Shown in pieces: positions 8,987-18,593 of a DNA stretch of 64,000 bases. Origin of the DNA: Desulfatiglandales bacterium (GTDB lineage: Bacteria; Desulfobacterota; DSM-4660; Desulfatiglandales; HGW-15). Numbering within the stretch: the first letter of the stretch is position 1; each line of letters starts with the position of its first letter. The stretch is taken from contig CAXXJJ010000001.1 of the NCBI GenBank assembly GCA_963667015.2, forward strand, positions 224,001 to 288,000, in the 5' to 3' direction. A program made the position numbers and the translations under genes. The notes under the pieces were generated by a model. It had not been told where the DNA came from, searched no databases, and was given only the letters and a program-made list of their open reading frames with translations.

Positions 8987-10963
8987 ATGGATAATGAAAA
9001 AAAAGAAAAAGATAAACAGGTGCTGCTGAACATCAGGGACGTAACAGCCTGTGACGCAACCGCACAGATGTTAAAGAAGGCTGAGAGGGATGGCGTCGAA
9101 ACCGCCTTTCACAGGGCTGCCACCATGAAGGCGTGCCCTATTGGCGCTGATTCGGCCTGCTGTAAACATTGCTCCATGGGACCCTGCAGACTTGTCTCAA
9201 AGGATCCCTATGGTAAAGTGGGTGTTTGCGGGGCAACGATTGATACGATTCAGGCAAGAAATTTTGCCAGGATGGTTGCAAGCGGGGCCGCGGCACACAC
9301 GGATCATGGCATGAGCATGCTGGATCTGTTCAGGGAAGTAGTAAGCGGCAAAATAAAGGAATACACGATAAAGGACAGCTTCAAGCTTGAGGCGGTTGCC
9401 GAGGAAATCGGCATTGATGTAAAAGGTAGAGACGTGGAAGACATTGCCATGGACCTCTACAAGGAGCTTGAAAGGACCTACACCCAGGTTGAAGGGGAAA
9501 TCCCCTTTGCAAAAAGGGTTCCTGAAAAGACCCTTGAAACATGGAGAAAGAACGGGGTTGTCCCGAGGGGCGCAATGCGGGAAATAATGGAGCTTATGCA
9601 CCGAACACACATGGGTGTGGACCAGGATTATAACAATATAACAAAGCAGTGCAGCCGAACAGCCCTCTCAGACGGTTGGGGGGGGTCAATGGTGGCCACT
9701 GAAATTTCCGATATCCTTTTCGGGACACCTACACCGGTAAAGGCTGAAGTAAATATGGGCTGCCTCAAGGAAAAAGAGGTAAACATCATTATTCACGGCC
9801 ATGAACCCAACCTCTTTGAATCAATGCTTTCCTCGGTTAATGATCCCGGGCTTATTGAGGCTGCAAAGGAGGCCGGTGCCGAAGGAATCAACCTGGTAGG
9901 TATGTGCTGTTCCGGCGCAGAAATGATTTCACGTCATGGTATCCCTCATGCAGGCAACTTCATGTCTACCGAGACAATCCTTGTAACAGGTGCTGTTGAT
10001 GCAATGGGTGTTGATGTGCAGTGTATAAAACAGGGGCTTGCCAAGGTCGCTGACTGTTACGGGACCAAGCTTTTTACAACCAATCCCAGGTGCCATATTG
10101 AAGGTGTTGAGCACATAGAGTTCCATGAACATGTACCCAGGGAATGTACTGATGCAATAGTAGAAAATGCTATTATCAGATTTAAAAACCGCAGCATGCC
10201 CATTGAGATCCCCAATATCAGAAATGCCGGTATACACGGCTTTTCACACGAATATATCAACTATATGCTTGGCGGTACTTTCAGGGGATCATATACACCT
10301 CTTAATGATAACATAATAAACGGCAGAATACGCGGTGTAGCAGGGGTTGTGGGATGTACCAATCCCAGGGTAAAACAGGATTATGTCCATGTGGAGCTGG
10401 TCAAGGAACTGATAAAAAATGATGTTCTTGTTGTCCAGACAGGTTGTTCACAGATAGCCCTTGCAAAGGCAGGGCTCTATACACCTGAGGCAGCTCATCT
10501 CGCTGGACCCGGCCTGAGCGAGGTATGTGAAACAGTCGGTATGCCGCCGGTGCTTGGCCTTGGCTCATGCGTTGATAACAGCAGGATACTTATTGCATGC
10601 TCTGAGATGGTCAGGGCAGGAGGTCTTGGGGAGAGCATAGCCGATCTTCCGGTTGCGGGTGCCGCCCCCGAATGGATGAGCGAAAAGGCGATTTCCATCG
10701 GACATTACTTTGTTGCATCCGGCGTATATACTGTTTTTGGCGTCACATATCCGATTATTGAAGGGACAAAATTTCAAAAGTTGCTTTTTGATGGTCTTGA
10801 GGAGATGGGTTTCGGGAAGTGGGGTTTTGCAGTTGATCCATATGAAATGGCACATATGATGATCGCTCATATCGATAAAAAGAGAAAGGCTCTGGGTATT
10901 GACAAGGCAAGAGGCAGGGTGCTTATGGATATGGCTGACAGGCAGAAACTTGATGCAGGGTAA
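8987..10963 (+). CDS. cooS: Anaerobic Ni,Fe carbon monoxide dehydrogenase catalytic subunit
   Basis: D/B-cluster CPIG..CCKHCSMGPC..GVCG; C-cluster ligands in HGHEP, GMCC, DVQC, VGCT, TGC and GSCVD; SEKA. Confidence 0.95.
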   Translation: MDNEKKEKDKQVLLNIRDVTACDATAQMLKKAERDGVETAFHRAATMKACPIGADSACCKHCSMGPCRLVSKDPYGKVGVCGATIDTIQARNFARMVASGAAAHTDHGMSMLDLFREVVSGKIKEYTIKDSFKLEAVAEEIGIDVKGRDVEDIAMDLYKELERTYTQVEGEIPFAKRVPEKTLETWRKNGVVPRGAMREIMELMHRTHMGVDQDYNNITKQCSRTALSDGWGGSMVATEISDILFGTPTPVKAEVNMGCLKEKEVNIIIHGHEPNLFESMLSSVNDPGLIEAAKEAGAEGINLVGMCCSGAEMISRHGIPHAGNFMSTETILVTGAVDAMGVDVQCIKQGLAKVADCYGTKLFTTNPRCHIEGVEHIEFHEHVPRECTDAIVENAIIRFKNRSMPIEIPNIRNAGIHGFSHEYINYMLGGTFRGSYTPLNDNIINGRIRGVAGVVGCTNPRVKQDYVHVELVKELIKNDVLVVQTGCSQIALAKAGLYTPEAAHLAGPGLSEVCETVGMPPVLGLGSCVDNSRILIACSEMVRAGGLGESIADLPVAGAAPEWMSEKAISIGHYFVASGVYTVFGVTYPIIEGTKFQKLLFDGLEEMGFGKWGFAVDPYEMAHMMIAHIDKKRKALGIDKARGRVLMDMADRQKLDAG

Positions 10964-11093
10964 AAACATATGAGCTGTCCCCGATAAACTGCGGGGCAGC
11001 AAACCCTGAGTTTTACAATAAAATAGTTGATCTTAATTTAAATTATAAATAGTATTTATTAATCATAAACCCAAAATATGGAGGATGACTTGT

Positions 11094-11252
11094 ATGGATA
11101 AATATGAATGCACGGTATGCGGGTATGTTTATGATCCTGAAGACGGAGACCCTGATAATGGAATAGATCCCGGAACATCTTTTGCTGATCTTCCTGATGA
11201 CTGGACATGCCCGGTATGTGGCGCATCCAAGGATCAATTCGAAAAAGCTTAA
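11094..11252 (+). CDS. rub: Rubredoxin, 52 aa (absent from the ORF track)
   Basis: [52 protein letters not shown], with a GGAGG RBS. Confidence 0.97.
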   Translation: MDKYECTVCGYVYDPEDGDPDNGIDPGTSFADLPDDWTCPVCGASKDQFEKA

Positions 11253-11336
11253 AAATTTTCGTTTTTTTTACTTCATTTCACGCCCTTTTTTTAAAGGGCT
11301 GTGAAATGATATTTTTTTACCTGAAAAGGAACTGCA

Positions 11337-12524
11337 ATGAAACCGATAGAGATAGCAAAAGATATTTACTGGATTGGCGCCAAAGACTGGAATATCAGGG
11401 ATTTTCACGGCTATTCCACCTACGATGGAACAACTTACAATGCCTACCTGATAATAGATGAAAAGGTCACCCTGATCGACACGGTAAAAAAGGAGTTTGC
11501 TTCGGAACTCCTGAACAAGGTTAGCCAGATAATAGATCCTAAAAAGATAGACTATGTTATCAGCAATCATACAGAGATGGATCATTCAGGCGGCCTTCCC
11601 GAGATCATGAACGCAGTGGGTGAGGACAAGACTCTCTATTGTTCAAAGGTCGGCCATAAAAACCTTTCATTGCATTATCCCGACAAATGGAATTACCAGC
11701 CGGTGGAAAACAACGGTCAGCTAAAACTTGGCAAACGCACCCTTTCCTTTATGGAAACACGCATGATCCACTGGCCTGACAGCATGTTTACCTATGCGGT
11801 GGAAGATCAGATACTTTTTTCCAGTGACGGATTCGGTCAGCATTACGCCGGCGTAAATATGTTTGATGATCTTGTCAGTGATGAAGAGATCATGCCCCAT
11901 GCAAAGAAATATTTTGCAAATATTCTTCTGCTCTATGCACCCCTGATCCTGAAACTTCTGAAACAGGTAACGCAGTCCGGCCTCCAGATTAAAATGATCT
12001 GCCCTGATCACGGCATTATCTGGAGAAAGGACCCTGCTAAAATAATAAATAAATATGCAGAATGGTCCAGCCAGGAGCCAAAAAGAAAGGCGGTCGTTGT
12101 ATATGACAGCATGTGGCACTCAACCGAAAAAATGGCACTTACAATTGTTGAAAGCCTTGGTGAAGAAGGTGTTGATGTCAAACCCATGCACCTGAGAAAA
12201 TGGCATCGCAGTGACATAATGACCGAGGTCCTGGATGCGGGCGCGGTAATTGTAGGGTCTCCAACCCTGAACAACAACATCTTCCCTACAATAGGAGATT
12301 TTTTGACCTATTTTAAGGGGCTTAAGCCTCAGAACAAACTTGCTGCCGCCTTTGGTTCCTATGGATGGAGCGGAGAATCTGTAAAATTCATAAACAATAC
12401 CTTTGAGGAAATGAAGCTTGAGATTATTGACCCGGGTGTCAGAGTACAGTATGTGCCTGATGAAGAATCGCTCAACGCCTGCAGGGCCCTGGGTAAAAAG
12501 ATTGCGGAGAAACTGCCGCAATAA
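11337..12524 (+). CDS. fprA: Flavodiiron protein (rubredoxin:O2/NO reductase)
   Basis: GTTYNAY, HTEMDH, HWPDSM, SSDGFG and PDHG motifs plus a flavodoxin domain. Confidence 0.95.
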   Translation: MKPIEIAKDIYWIGAKDWNIRDFHGYSTYDGTTYNAYLIIDEKVTLIDTVKKEFASELLNKVSQIIDPKKIDYVISNHTEMDHSGGLPEIMNAVGEDKTLYCSKVGHKNLSLHYPDKWNYQPVENNGQLKLGKRTLSFMETRMIHWPDSMFTYAVEDQILFSSDGFGQHYAGVNMFDDLVSDEEIMPHAKKYFANILLLYAPLILKLLKQVTQSGLQIKMICPDHGIIWRKDPAKIINKYAEWSSQEPKRKAVVVYDSMWHSTEKMALTIVESLGEEGVDVKPMHLRKWHRSDIMTEVLDAGAVIVGSPTLNNNIFPTIGDFLTYFKGLKPQNKLAAAFGSYGWSGESVKFINNTFEEMKLEIIDPGVRVQYVPDEESLNACRALGKKIAEKLPQ

Positions 12525-12618
12525 GAGGCATTGAAGCTGCCGAATTATTAAGTATGCTTTTCATGCTTTTGCTCAAATAATTGAGATTAAAAGCAGGAGC
12601 AAGAGTAAGAAAAAATTA

Positions 12619-12984
12619 ATGCCTGAAACGGCCAAAAAACAAAAATGTCCGGACTGTGATTACTGCCAGATGTGCAGTGAAAGCCGGTGCAGGTTATGCA
12701 GAAACGATAATACCTGCTGCAGAAAATCGGAACTGGGTTCAGCCTTTACCTATGGCCAGTACCAGGAATGGCAGGAAAAAAGATCAATGAAAAAGATACC
12801 GGTTATTGATATTTCGAGATGTACGGATTGCGAGTCCTGTCTTGAGATATGCCCTGATGTATTCCAGAGAAATATGGAAACAGGGCTTATTGAGGTGGCG
12901 GACCTGCCCGATTATCCTGAAGAAGCAGTAGATCAGGCAATCAATATCTGCCCTGTTGACTGCATTTCCTGGGAGGAAATCTGA
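12619..12984 (+). CDS. Ferredoxin with a Cys-rich N-terminal extension
   Basis: CTDCESCLEICP...CPVDCI; N-terminal CPDCDYCQMC...CRLC. Confidence 0.8.
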   Translation: MPETAKKQKCPDCDYCQMCSESRCRLCRNDNTCCRKSELGSAFTYGQYQEWQEKRSMKKIPVIDISRCTDCESCLEICPDVFQRNMETGLIEVADLPDYPEEAVDQAINICPVDCISWEEI

Positions 12985-13703
12985 TCACAGGAAAACCTTC
13001 AGGTAACAGTAAAGGCTCCATAAGGGCGATTAAAAAGCAGCTTCTCGTATTTCTCGAATCATCCGGTAACTGTCATGATCTGCAGGAATCAACCGGAGAG
13101 TCTTTATTACGAATAATAAACACCCTCTTTTCTTTTCTGTATCATAAAAATCCTGTTATAAAATGGAATGCGGTCACTGCCATGGGTTCGGCTGTTTCCA
13201 CCCTGGCAGAAAACGATATGGAGGCAGCAAGAAACATTATCCGAAGGCTCATGTGGAACCTTAATGATGAATCCGGAGGCATAGGCTGGGGCAGTGCAGA
13301 GGCAATGGGGGATATACTGGCAAAAAACAGAGATCTTGCCATGGAATACTGGCCGGTACTTCTCTCCTATGCGAGAAAAGACGGGAATTTTCAGGAGCAT
13401 GAACTGATGCAGAGGGGTGTCCTCTGGGCCATTGGCAGATTATGTATGGAATGCCCGGATATTCCGGAAGCCGATACATCCAGACATATTATGCCTTTTC
13501 TTGCATCGAATGATGCCCATGTTCGTGGTCATGCAGCATGGGTCATGGGAAACCTCAGGGCAGAGGAATCAGTACCCTGGCTTGAAAAACTAAAAGCGGA
13601 TGAAAATATTCTTCAGATATATTATAAAGAGAAGCATATTGATAAACGGGTAAAGGACCTTGCACAGGAGGCATTGACCCTGATAGGACAGGACCTTAAA
13701 TAA
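12981..13703 (+). CDS. HEAT-repeat protein (DVU0298-like), probable CTG start
   Basis: RRLMWNLNDESGGIGWG motif; the frame is open from CTG at 12981, which follows GGGAGG. Confidence 0.7.
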   Translation: MITGKPSGNSKGSIRAIKKQLLVFLESSGNCHDLQESTGESLLRIINTLFSFLYHKNPVIKWNAVTAMGSAVSTLAENDMEAARNIIRRLMWNLNDESGGIGWGSAEAMGDILAKNRDLAMEYWPVLLSYARKDGNFQEHELMQRGVLWAIGRLCMECPDIPEADTSRHIMPFLASNDAHVRGHAAWVMGNLRAEESVPWLEKLKADENILQIYYKEKHIDKRVKDLAQEALTLIGQDLK

Positions 13704-13715
13704 CAGGAGTATATA

Positions 13716-15215
13716 ATGAAAAAGAAACTTATTTCGTTTTTAGGTATATCCACCCTGATAATTCTAATATACAGCAATCCCGCATTTTCTCAGGAGCCGG
13801 TGATCAGCGATGACACGCAGACATGTATTGACTGCCATTCCACGCTTCATCCCGGAATAGTTGAGGAGTGGAAGAGAAGTGCTCACAGTAAAATCTCTCC
13901 CTCAGAGGCGTCAAAAAAAGAGGGGCTCCAGCGGCTTGTATCTGCCGAGAAAATACCCGAATATCTTCTGAATAATACCGTGGGATGTGCAGAGTGTCAC
14001 TTAATGAACCCCGATACCCATAAGGATACCTTTGACCATGCCGACTACAGTGTCCACACGGTTGTAACCCCGAAGGACTGTGCTGTCTGCCACAGTGTTG
14101 AAGAAAAAGAATATGATAAAAATATAATGTCCCATGCCTACGGCAACCTGATGAACAATCCCGTGTTTACAGACCTTGTCAATTCCATAAACGGAATGCA
14201 GGATTTCGAAAATATGACATCAACACTGAAACCGGCGGATGATAAAACCAATGCCGATTCCTGTCTTTCATGTCATGGAACGGATCTTAAGGTAAAGGGA
14301 ACGGAAACAAGAGAAACGGACCTCGGAGAGATGGATTTCCCTGTTATCGAAGGATGGCCCAACCAGGGTGTAGGCAGAATCAACCCTGACTGGTCAAAGG
14401 GTTCATGCACCTCGTGCCATAGCAGGCACCAGTTCAGCATGGAAATGGCAAGAAAACCGGATACATGCTCCCAGTGCCACAAGGGGCCTGATGTCCCGGC
14501 CTATCCGGTGTATAAGGTAAGCAAGCATGGAAATATCTATGCATCAAACTCAAAGGAATGGGATTTCAAATCCGTGCCATGGACCGTTGGAAAGGATTTT
14601 ACAGCCCCGACCTGTGCCTCATGCCATGCAAGTCTCCTGGTAAATACCGAAGGCGACGTAATAGCTGAAAGGACGCACCGGATGAATGACAGGCTGTACA
14701 AAAGAATATTCGGGGTAATATATGCGCATCCTCATCCCGTATCTCCTGACACGACGATTATAAAAAACAAATCTGATCTTCCCCTTCCCACGGAACTGAC
14801 CGGAGAACCAGTGGACGGATTCCTTATTAACAAGGCAGAGCAGAAAAAAAGAAAGGCCATCATGCAGAATGTATGCCTGTCATGTCATTCAAAGGGATGG
14901 GTGGACGGTCATTTCGACCGGTTTGAAAATTCTGTGGAACAGTCTAACCACATGACACTTTCCGCCACAAAGATTCTCTTGACTGCCTGGGCAGAAGGAG
15001 CGGCAAAGGGTCTTGACCAAAAGGACAGCATCTTTAATGAGGGAATTGAAAAAAAATGGATAGAGCAGTGGCTCTTTTATGCAAACTCGGTGAGGTTTGC
15101 ATCAGCCATGGCAGGATCGGATTATGGTGCATTTGCCAATGGAAGATACTTTTTATCCAAAAACATTCAGGATATGATAGACTGGCTGAAATTAAGAACT
15201 GAGAAAAAAGATTAA
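13716..15215 (+). CDS. Octaheme cytochrome c, hydroxylamine oxidoreductase-like
   Basis: Signal peptide and 8 CxxCH motifs; WPNQGVGRINPD...CHSRH..S...AR.P..C..CH.GPD pattern. Confidence 0.85.
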   Translation: MKKKLISFLGISTLIILIYSNPAFSQEPVISDDTQTCIDCHSTLHPGIVEEWKRSAHSKISPSEASKKEGLQRLVSAEKIPEYLLNNTVGCAECHLMNPDTHKDTFDHADYSVHTVVTPKDCAVCHSVEEKEYDKNIMSHAYGNLMNNPVFTDLVNSINGMQDFENMTSTLKPADDKTNADSCLSCHGTDLKVKGTETRETDLGEMDFPVIEGWPNQGVGRINPDWSKGSCTSCHSRHQFSMEMARKPDTCSQCHKGPDVPAYPVYKVSKHGNIYASNSKEWDFKSVPWTVGKDFTAPTCASCHASLLVNTEGDVIAERTHRMNDRLYKRIFGVIYAHPHPVSPDTTIIKNKSDLPLPTELTGEPVDGFLINKAEQKKRKAIMQNVCLSCHSKGWVDGHFDRFENSVEQSNHMTLSATKILLTAWAEGAAKGLDQKDSIFNEGIEKKWIEQWLFYANSVRFASAMAGSDYGAFANGRYFLSKNIQDMIDWLKLRTEKKD

Positions 15216-15236
15216 CATTTAGATATCTTAAGGAGA

Positions 15237-15500
15237 TTGAATATGGCAGATAATGAAGATGTAAAAATCTATACACTAAGCACATGCAGTCACTGCAAGG
15301 CAACCAAGCAATTTCTAAATGAATGCAAAATAAAATATGACTTTACAGACGTAGATGTACTCCAGGGAGAAGAAAGAAAGGCTGTTCTGGATGATATAAG
15401 AAAGATCAATCCCAAATGTTCCTTTCCTACGATCATTATTGGAGACAAGGTGATTGTCGGGTTCAAGGAAGATGAAATCAGGGAGGCTCTTGGAATATGA
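15237..15500 (+). CDS. Glutaredoxin (NrdH-like)
   Basis: CSHC active site and FPT cis-Pro motif. Confidence 0.9.
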   Translation: MNMADNEDVKIYTLSTCSHCKATKQFLNECKIKYDFTDVDVLQGEERKAVLDDIRKINPKCSFPTIIIGDKVIVGFKEDEIREALGI

Positions 15501-15826
15501 CAAAGGAAGAACTCTATGAAATGCTGAAAAAGGCCCAGGAGCCCAAGGGTTACTTTTTCAGCAACGACAGTGAAAGGGTCATGGAACTCATTGAAGCTCT
15601 TCTCACAAACAAGGAGCGGTATGGCTATATGTGCTGCCCGTGCAGGCTTTCAGCAGGTGACAGGGAGCAGGACGCAGACATCATCTGCCCTTGCATATAC
15701 AGGGAAGAGGATGTAAAGGAGTTCGGCAGCTGCTACTGCAACCTCTATGTTACAAAGGACTGGAATGAAGGCAAGATTCCGCATGAATATGTCCCCGAAA
15801 GGAGACCGCCTGAAAAAATGTGGTAG
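15497..15826 (+). CDS. Ferredoxin:thioredoxin reductase catalytic subunit-like protein
   Basis: CPC, CPC and CYC motifs. Confidence 0.9.
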   Translation: MTKEELYEMLKKAQEPKGYFFSNDSERVMELIEALLTNKERYGYMCCPCRLSAGDREQDADIICPCIYREEDVKEFGSCYCNLYVTKDWNEGKIPHEYVPERRPPEKMW

Positions 15827-15876
15827 CAGTATAGCGTTGTTCATGGGCTGACAGGAACAAGAGTGAAAGGGCCGCC

Positions 15877-17913
15877 TTGTTTAAACAAATTATATCAATA
15901 ATATGTCTGGTTTACCTCTCACTCTTTTTATGTTCCTGCGGCACCGCCCTTAAAAAGAAAGAATATAATGAAAACATTTCCCGTTTATATAAACTGGAAT
16001 CAGAAACTGCCCTGATCGGAAATGAAGAAATACAGATCAGGTACCGGAACGGGGAAAGTAATGGCTGTATTTATGCCTCATGGAACAGTTCTAAACATTC
16101 AGATAATGAATATTCTCACGGCCTGTCCGAAATAATCTTTTCAAAAAAAACATTCTTAAAACCTGGTAAAAACGCAAGGTCTATACCTGTCATTGGAAGT
16201 GACAAATGGAATAAACTGCTTGACAGGGTCAAAAATGCCCTGGCACCGGAAAAGCCGTGTCAGGGCGTTTCTATAGTAATAAACTACCATGAACTGGTGC
16301 TTTACCGAGACCCTGATAATGTTATTCAATTTAAAAAAATCTGTGACATCCCGTCCTGTGTTACAGTTATCCGATTTTTGCAGGAAGAGGTAATCGCCAC
16401 TGAAATAATAAAACTTCTTGAAAAAGAAACAACAGAGGGCACTATCGATAAGGGAACGTTTTTATATAGAACAGGCGATACCTATCATGGCGGCGTTGTA
16501 TATGTTCTGATTGATTTAAATAAAAAAGAGTCCATATTTTTAACCACACCCTATCATCCCGAATTCTCCTATGATTCCGGCATTCATCCTGTTATGTACT
16601 CGGCCCGCTGGCTATACAGATCAGGAGTATTGACAGTTATCAAAAATCCGGTTACCACCATGTACCGGCTTTACTGCAGGCTCAGGCACAGTGTATCGGT
16701 TATTCTTACCAGAGGTGACCCTGTTAATAAAACGCTGTTTTTAACAGATCCCGAATCAAAAGGAATGGATTTGGACGAATGGGAAAACCGGTTAGACAGG
16801 ATGTTTCCCCGAAATCAGTCCTTCAAGGGAAACGTAAAATTCCTCATAGACGGAAAAAGTTTTTTCCCCCGGCTCGTTCAGGGCCTGAGAGAGGCTGAAA
16901 AATCCATATGGCTCCGGACATATATCTTTGATAATGATGATTATGCCGTGAAGATAGCGGATATCCTTAAGAAAAAGTCTCAGGATATCAGGGTCCGTGT
17001 TCTTGCGGACCATATGGGTTGCATGAGCGCCGCAACATCGCTTCCTTCTTCCCCCATACCGCCCGGATTCGAATTCCCGCCGGATATATTTGACTATCTT
17101 AAAAAGGATTCAATGATAAAAGTCCGGACAACCACCAACCCCTGGTTCACTGCTGATCATACAAAGACGATTATAATAGACAGCAGCACGGCCTTTATCG
17201 GGGGCATGAATATAGGAAGGGAATATCGTTATGAGTGGCATGACATGATGATGGAGGTACAGGGTCCGGTTGTTGGCAGGTTAAAAAAGGATTTTCGCCG
17301 CGCATGGTCACATGCAGGCCCCTTCGGAGACATTGCCTATCTATTTTCCGGGGCATCTACTACAAAGACGGAACAGGCAAAGGAACAGCCTGATTTTTAT
17401 AATATAAGGCCGCTTTACACAAAGGCAGGAAGCACCCAGATATTTGATGCCCAGCTCGCTGCAATTAAAAGTGCAAAGAGATATATCTACATACAAAACC
17501 CCTATTTTACAGAAAATAAAATCCTTAACGAGCTCATCCGTGCCAGGGGCCGCGGTGTAGACGTACGCGTAATTCTTCCTTCCACAAGTGATTACGGCTT
17601 TATGGACAGCAGCAATATCGTTACCACAAATATAATGATAAAAAACGGGATAAGGGTTTATCACTATCCCAAAATATCGCACATCAAGGCAGCAATTTAC
17701 GACGGCTGGGCATGTCTGGGATCCGCCAATTTTGATGCCCTGAGCCTCCGAATCAACCTGGAAACCAACCTGGGATTCTCTGATCCTGAAGCAGTAGAAA
17801 GATTAAAAACCGAATTGTTTGAAAAGGATTTTTCCATCTCAAGGGAGATAATGGTTCCTGTAAAGGTTACTCTCCTGGATTATTTTGGCGAGATGATTTC
17901 GAATCAGTTGTAA
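15877..17913 (+). CDS. Phospholipase D/cardiolipin synthase-like lipoprotein
   Basis: Two HxKxxxxD motifs (HTKTIIID, HIKAAIYD). Confidence 0.85.
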   Translation: MFKQIISIICLVYLSLFLCSCGTALKKKEYNENISRLYKLESETALIGNEEIQIRYRNGESNGCIYASWNSSKHSDNEYSHGLSEIIFSKKTFLKPGKNARSIPVIGSDKWNKLLDRVKNALAPEKPCQGVSIVINYHELVLYRDPDNVIQFKKICDIPSCVTVIRFLQEEVIATEIIKLLEKETTEGTIDKGTFLYRTGDTYHGGVVYVLIDLNKKESIFLTTPYHPEFSYDSGIHPVMYSARWLYRSGVLTVIKNPVTTMYRLYCRLRHSVSVILTRGDPVNKTLFLTDPESKGMDLDEWENRLDRMFPRNQSFKGNVKFLIDGKSFFPRLVQGLREAEKSIWLRTYIFDNDDYAVKIADILKKKSQDIRVRVLADHMGCMSAATSLPSSPIPPGFEFPPDIFDYLKKDSMIKVRTTTNPWFTADHTKTIIIDSSTAFIGGMNIGREYRYEWHDMMMEVQGPVVGRLKKDFRRAWSHAGPFGDIAYLFSGASTTKTEQAKEQPDFYNIRPLYTKAGSTQIFDAQLAAIKSAKRYIYIQNPYFTENKILNELIRARGRGVDVRVILPSTSDYGFMDSSNIVTTNIMIKNGIRVYHYPKISHIKAAIYDGWACLGSANFDALSLRINLETNLGFSDPEAVERLKTELFEKDFSISREIMVPVKVTLLDYFGEMISNQL

Positions 17914-18060
17914 AAAAAGGTTCGATTCCTAAGACAATATTATTACAAGTGCGTCTGGAAATTTATTAAACATTGATTATCTTATAAAGATATTTATCAG
18001 ATTGTACTAACCACTTTTAAATACAAGATTTACAAACCTAAAAAATAAGGAGGAACAATT

Positions 18061-18507
18061 ATGAAAAGATTATCCCTTCAACTTTCTGTATTACTGGCGA
18101 TTTTATTTCTTTATTCAGGCATTATATATGCCCACTGTGAAATACCCTGCGGTATCTATGATGATGAGATGCGTGTAAAGATGATAAGCGAGCATATCCA
18201 GACAATTGAAAAATCAATGAATGAGATAGACAAGCTTGAAAATGCCGGCCTTTCTCATCACTCCAATCAGCTTGTAAGGTGGATCATGAACAAGGAGGAT
18301 CACGCCAATCAGCTGCAGGAGATCGTAACACAGTATTTCATGACCCAGAGAATAAAGTTTGACACAAAAAATTATGATAAAAAATTAAACCTCCTGCATC
18401 ATATGCTGGTCTATGCCATGAAGTGCAAACAGACAACCGACCTGGAAAATGTTGAGGCACTTAAAAAACTGGTAAAAGAGTTCAGTGACAGCTATTTCCA
18501 GAAATAG
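18061..18507 (+). CDS. sodN: Nickel superoxide dismutase with a signal peptide
   Basis: Ni-hook HCEIPCGIYD directly after a hydrophobic leader ending in IYA. Confidence 0.9.
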   Translation: MKRLSLQLSVLLAILFLYSGIIYAHCEIPCGIYDDEMRVKMISEHIQTIEKSMNEIDKLENAGLSHHSNQLVRWIMNKEDHANQLQEIVTQYFMTQRIKFDTKNYDKKLNLLHHMLVYAMKCKQTTDLENVEALKKLVKEFSDSYFQK

Positions 18508-18541
18508 GAACAAAAATTAAAACATAAATATCTGTCTTACT

Positions 18542-18566
18542 GTAGGGGCACGGCGCACCGTGCCCT
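18542..18566. repeat. GTAG-type REP-like hairpin between convergent genes
   Basis: GTAGGGGCACGG-CGCA-CCGTGCCCT. Confidence 0.55.
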
Positions 18567-18593
18567 TTCGTTTTTCCCCAATTTATATATTAC

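Noticed and set aside
15497..15500. Sec read-through at the glutaredoxin TGA and at other TGA stops
   Set aside because: This is an ordinary ATGA gene overlap with no UxxC context or in-frame continuation
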